A stretch of 64,000 nucleotides of DNA from Patescibacteria group bacterium (lineage in GTDB: Bacteria > Patescibacteriota > JACPGU01). Of the stretch, positions 63,822 to 64,000 are shown piece after piece. Location: the NCBI GenBank assembly GCA_028718745.1, contig JAQULF010000003.1:160-64159 (forward strand). The letters are read 5' to 3'. The notes under the pieces are model-generated. The model was not told the origin of the DNA. It was given only the letters and a program-made list of their open reading frames with translations, and did not search any database. Made by a program: the position numbers and the translations under genes. How positions within the stretch are numbered: position 1 is the stretch's first letter; each line of letters starts with the position of its first letter.

Positions 63822-64000
63822 AACAGAACTTTGGAAAGAAACTGTTCGCGCGGTTGTGCCGGTTATTGAAAGGTTATTCCAGATGTTAGCGCCACTAATA
63901 GTTTGCGCGCCAGTTCCATTGAAATCAATCGTGCTAGTACCGGCCGTAAAAGTCCCGCCATTATTAGTCCAGTTGCCCCCGACACTATGAGTAAATGTTG

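Overview
AT-rich (~35% GC) bacterial chromosome fragment, standard genetic code (TGA used as stop), with gene content and style typical of a Candidate Phyla Radiation / Patescibacteria-like genome. The backbone carries housekeeping genes (argS, tyrS, PBP1A, iPGM, ADP-forming acetyl-CoA synthetase, recJ) and a minus-strand dcw cell-wall/division cluster (mraZ-rsmH-ftsL-ftsI-murF-mraY-[inserted cassette]-murD-ftsW-murG-murC-ftsQ). On this backbone I see: (i) a Type II R-M pair (HNH REase overlapping a beta-class DPPY MTase) beside a palindromic operator-like intergenic region; (ii) two GC-rich (~50%) islands, one carrying a radical-SAM/SPASM maturase with a strong-RBS 30-aa three-Cys peptide ORF immediately downstream and an intrinsic terminator (candidate undescribed RiPP-like system), the other a dockerin/NHL-repeat secreted protein; (iii) a RAYT/IS200-like Y1 transposase together with at least five copies of a REPIN-like paired-hairpin palindromic element, two of them inserted in-frame inside coding sequences (argS and the RAYT gene itself), plus two further families of short GC-rich palindromes present in-frame in unrelated genes; (iv) heptanucleotide (TACTTAC)n satellites abutting the stop codons of three dcw genes; (v) tRNA-Leu(CAA) with an adjacent diverged duplicate of its 3' half; (vi) a 19-kb cluster of giant secreted surface proteins sharing a ~110-aa C-terminal module, LysM-like motifs, dockerin and beta-helix/beta-propeller domains; a sortase and a PilX-like minor pilin lie elsewhere in the window. 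No CRISPR array or rRNA was seen.
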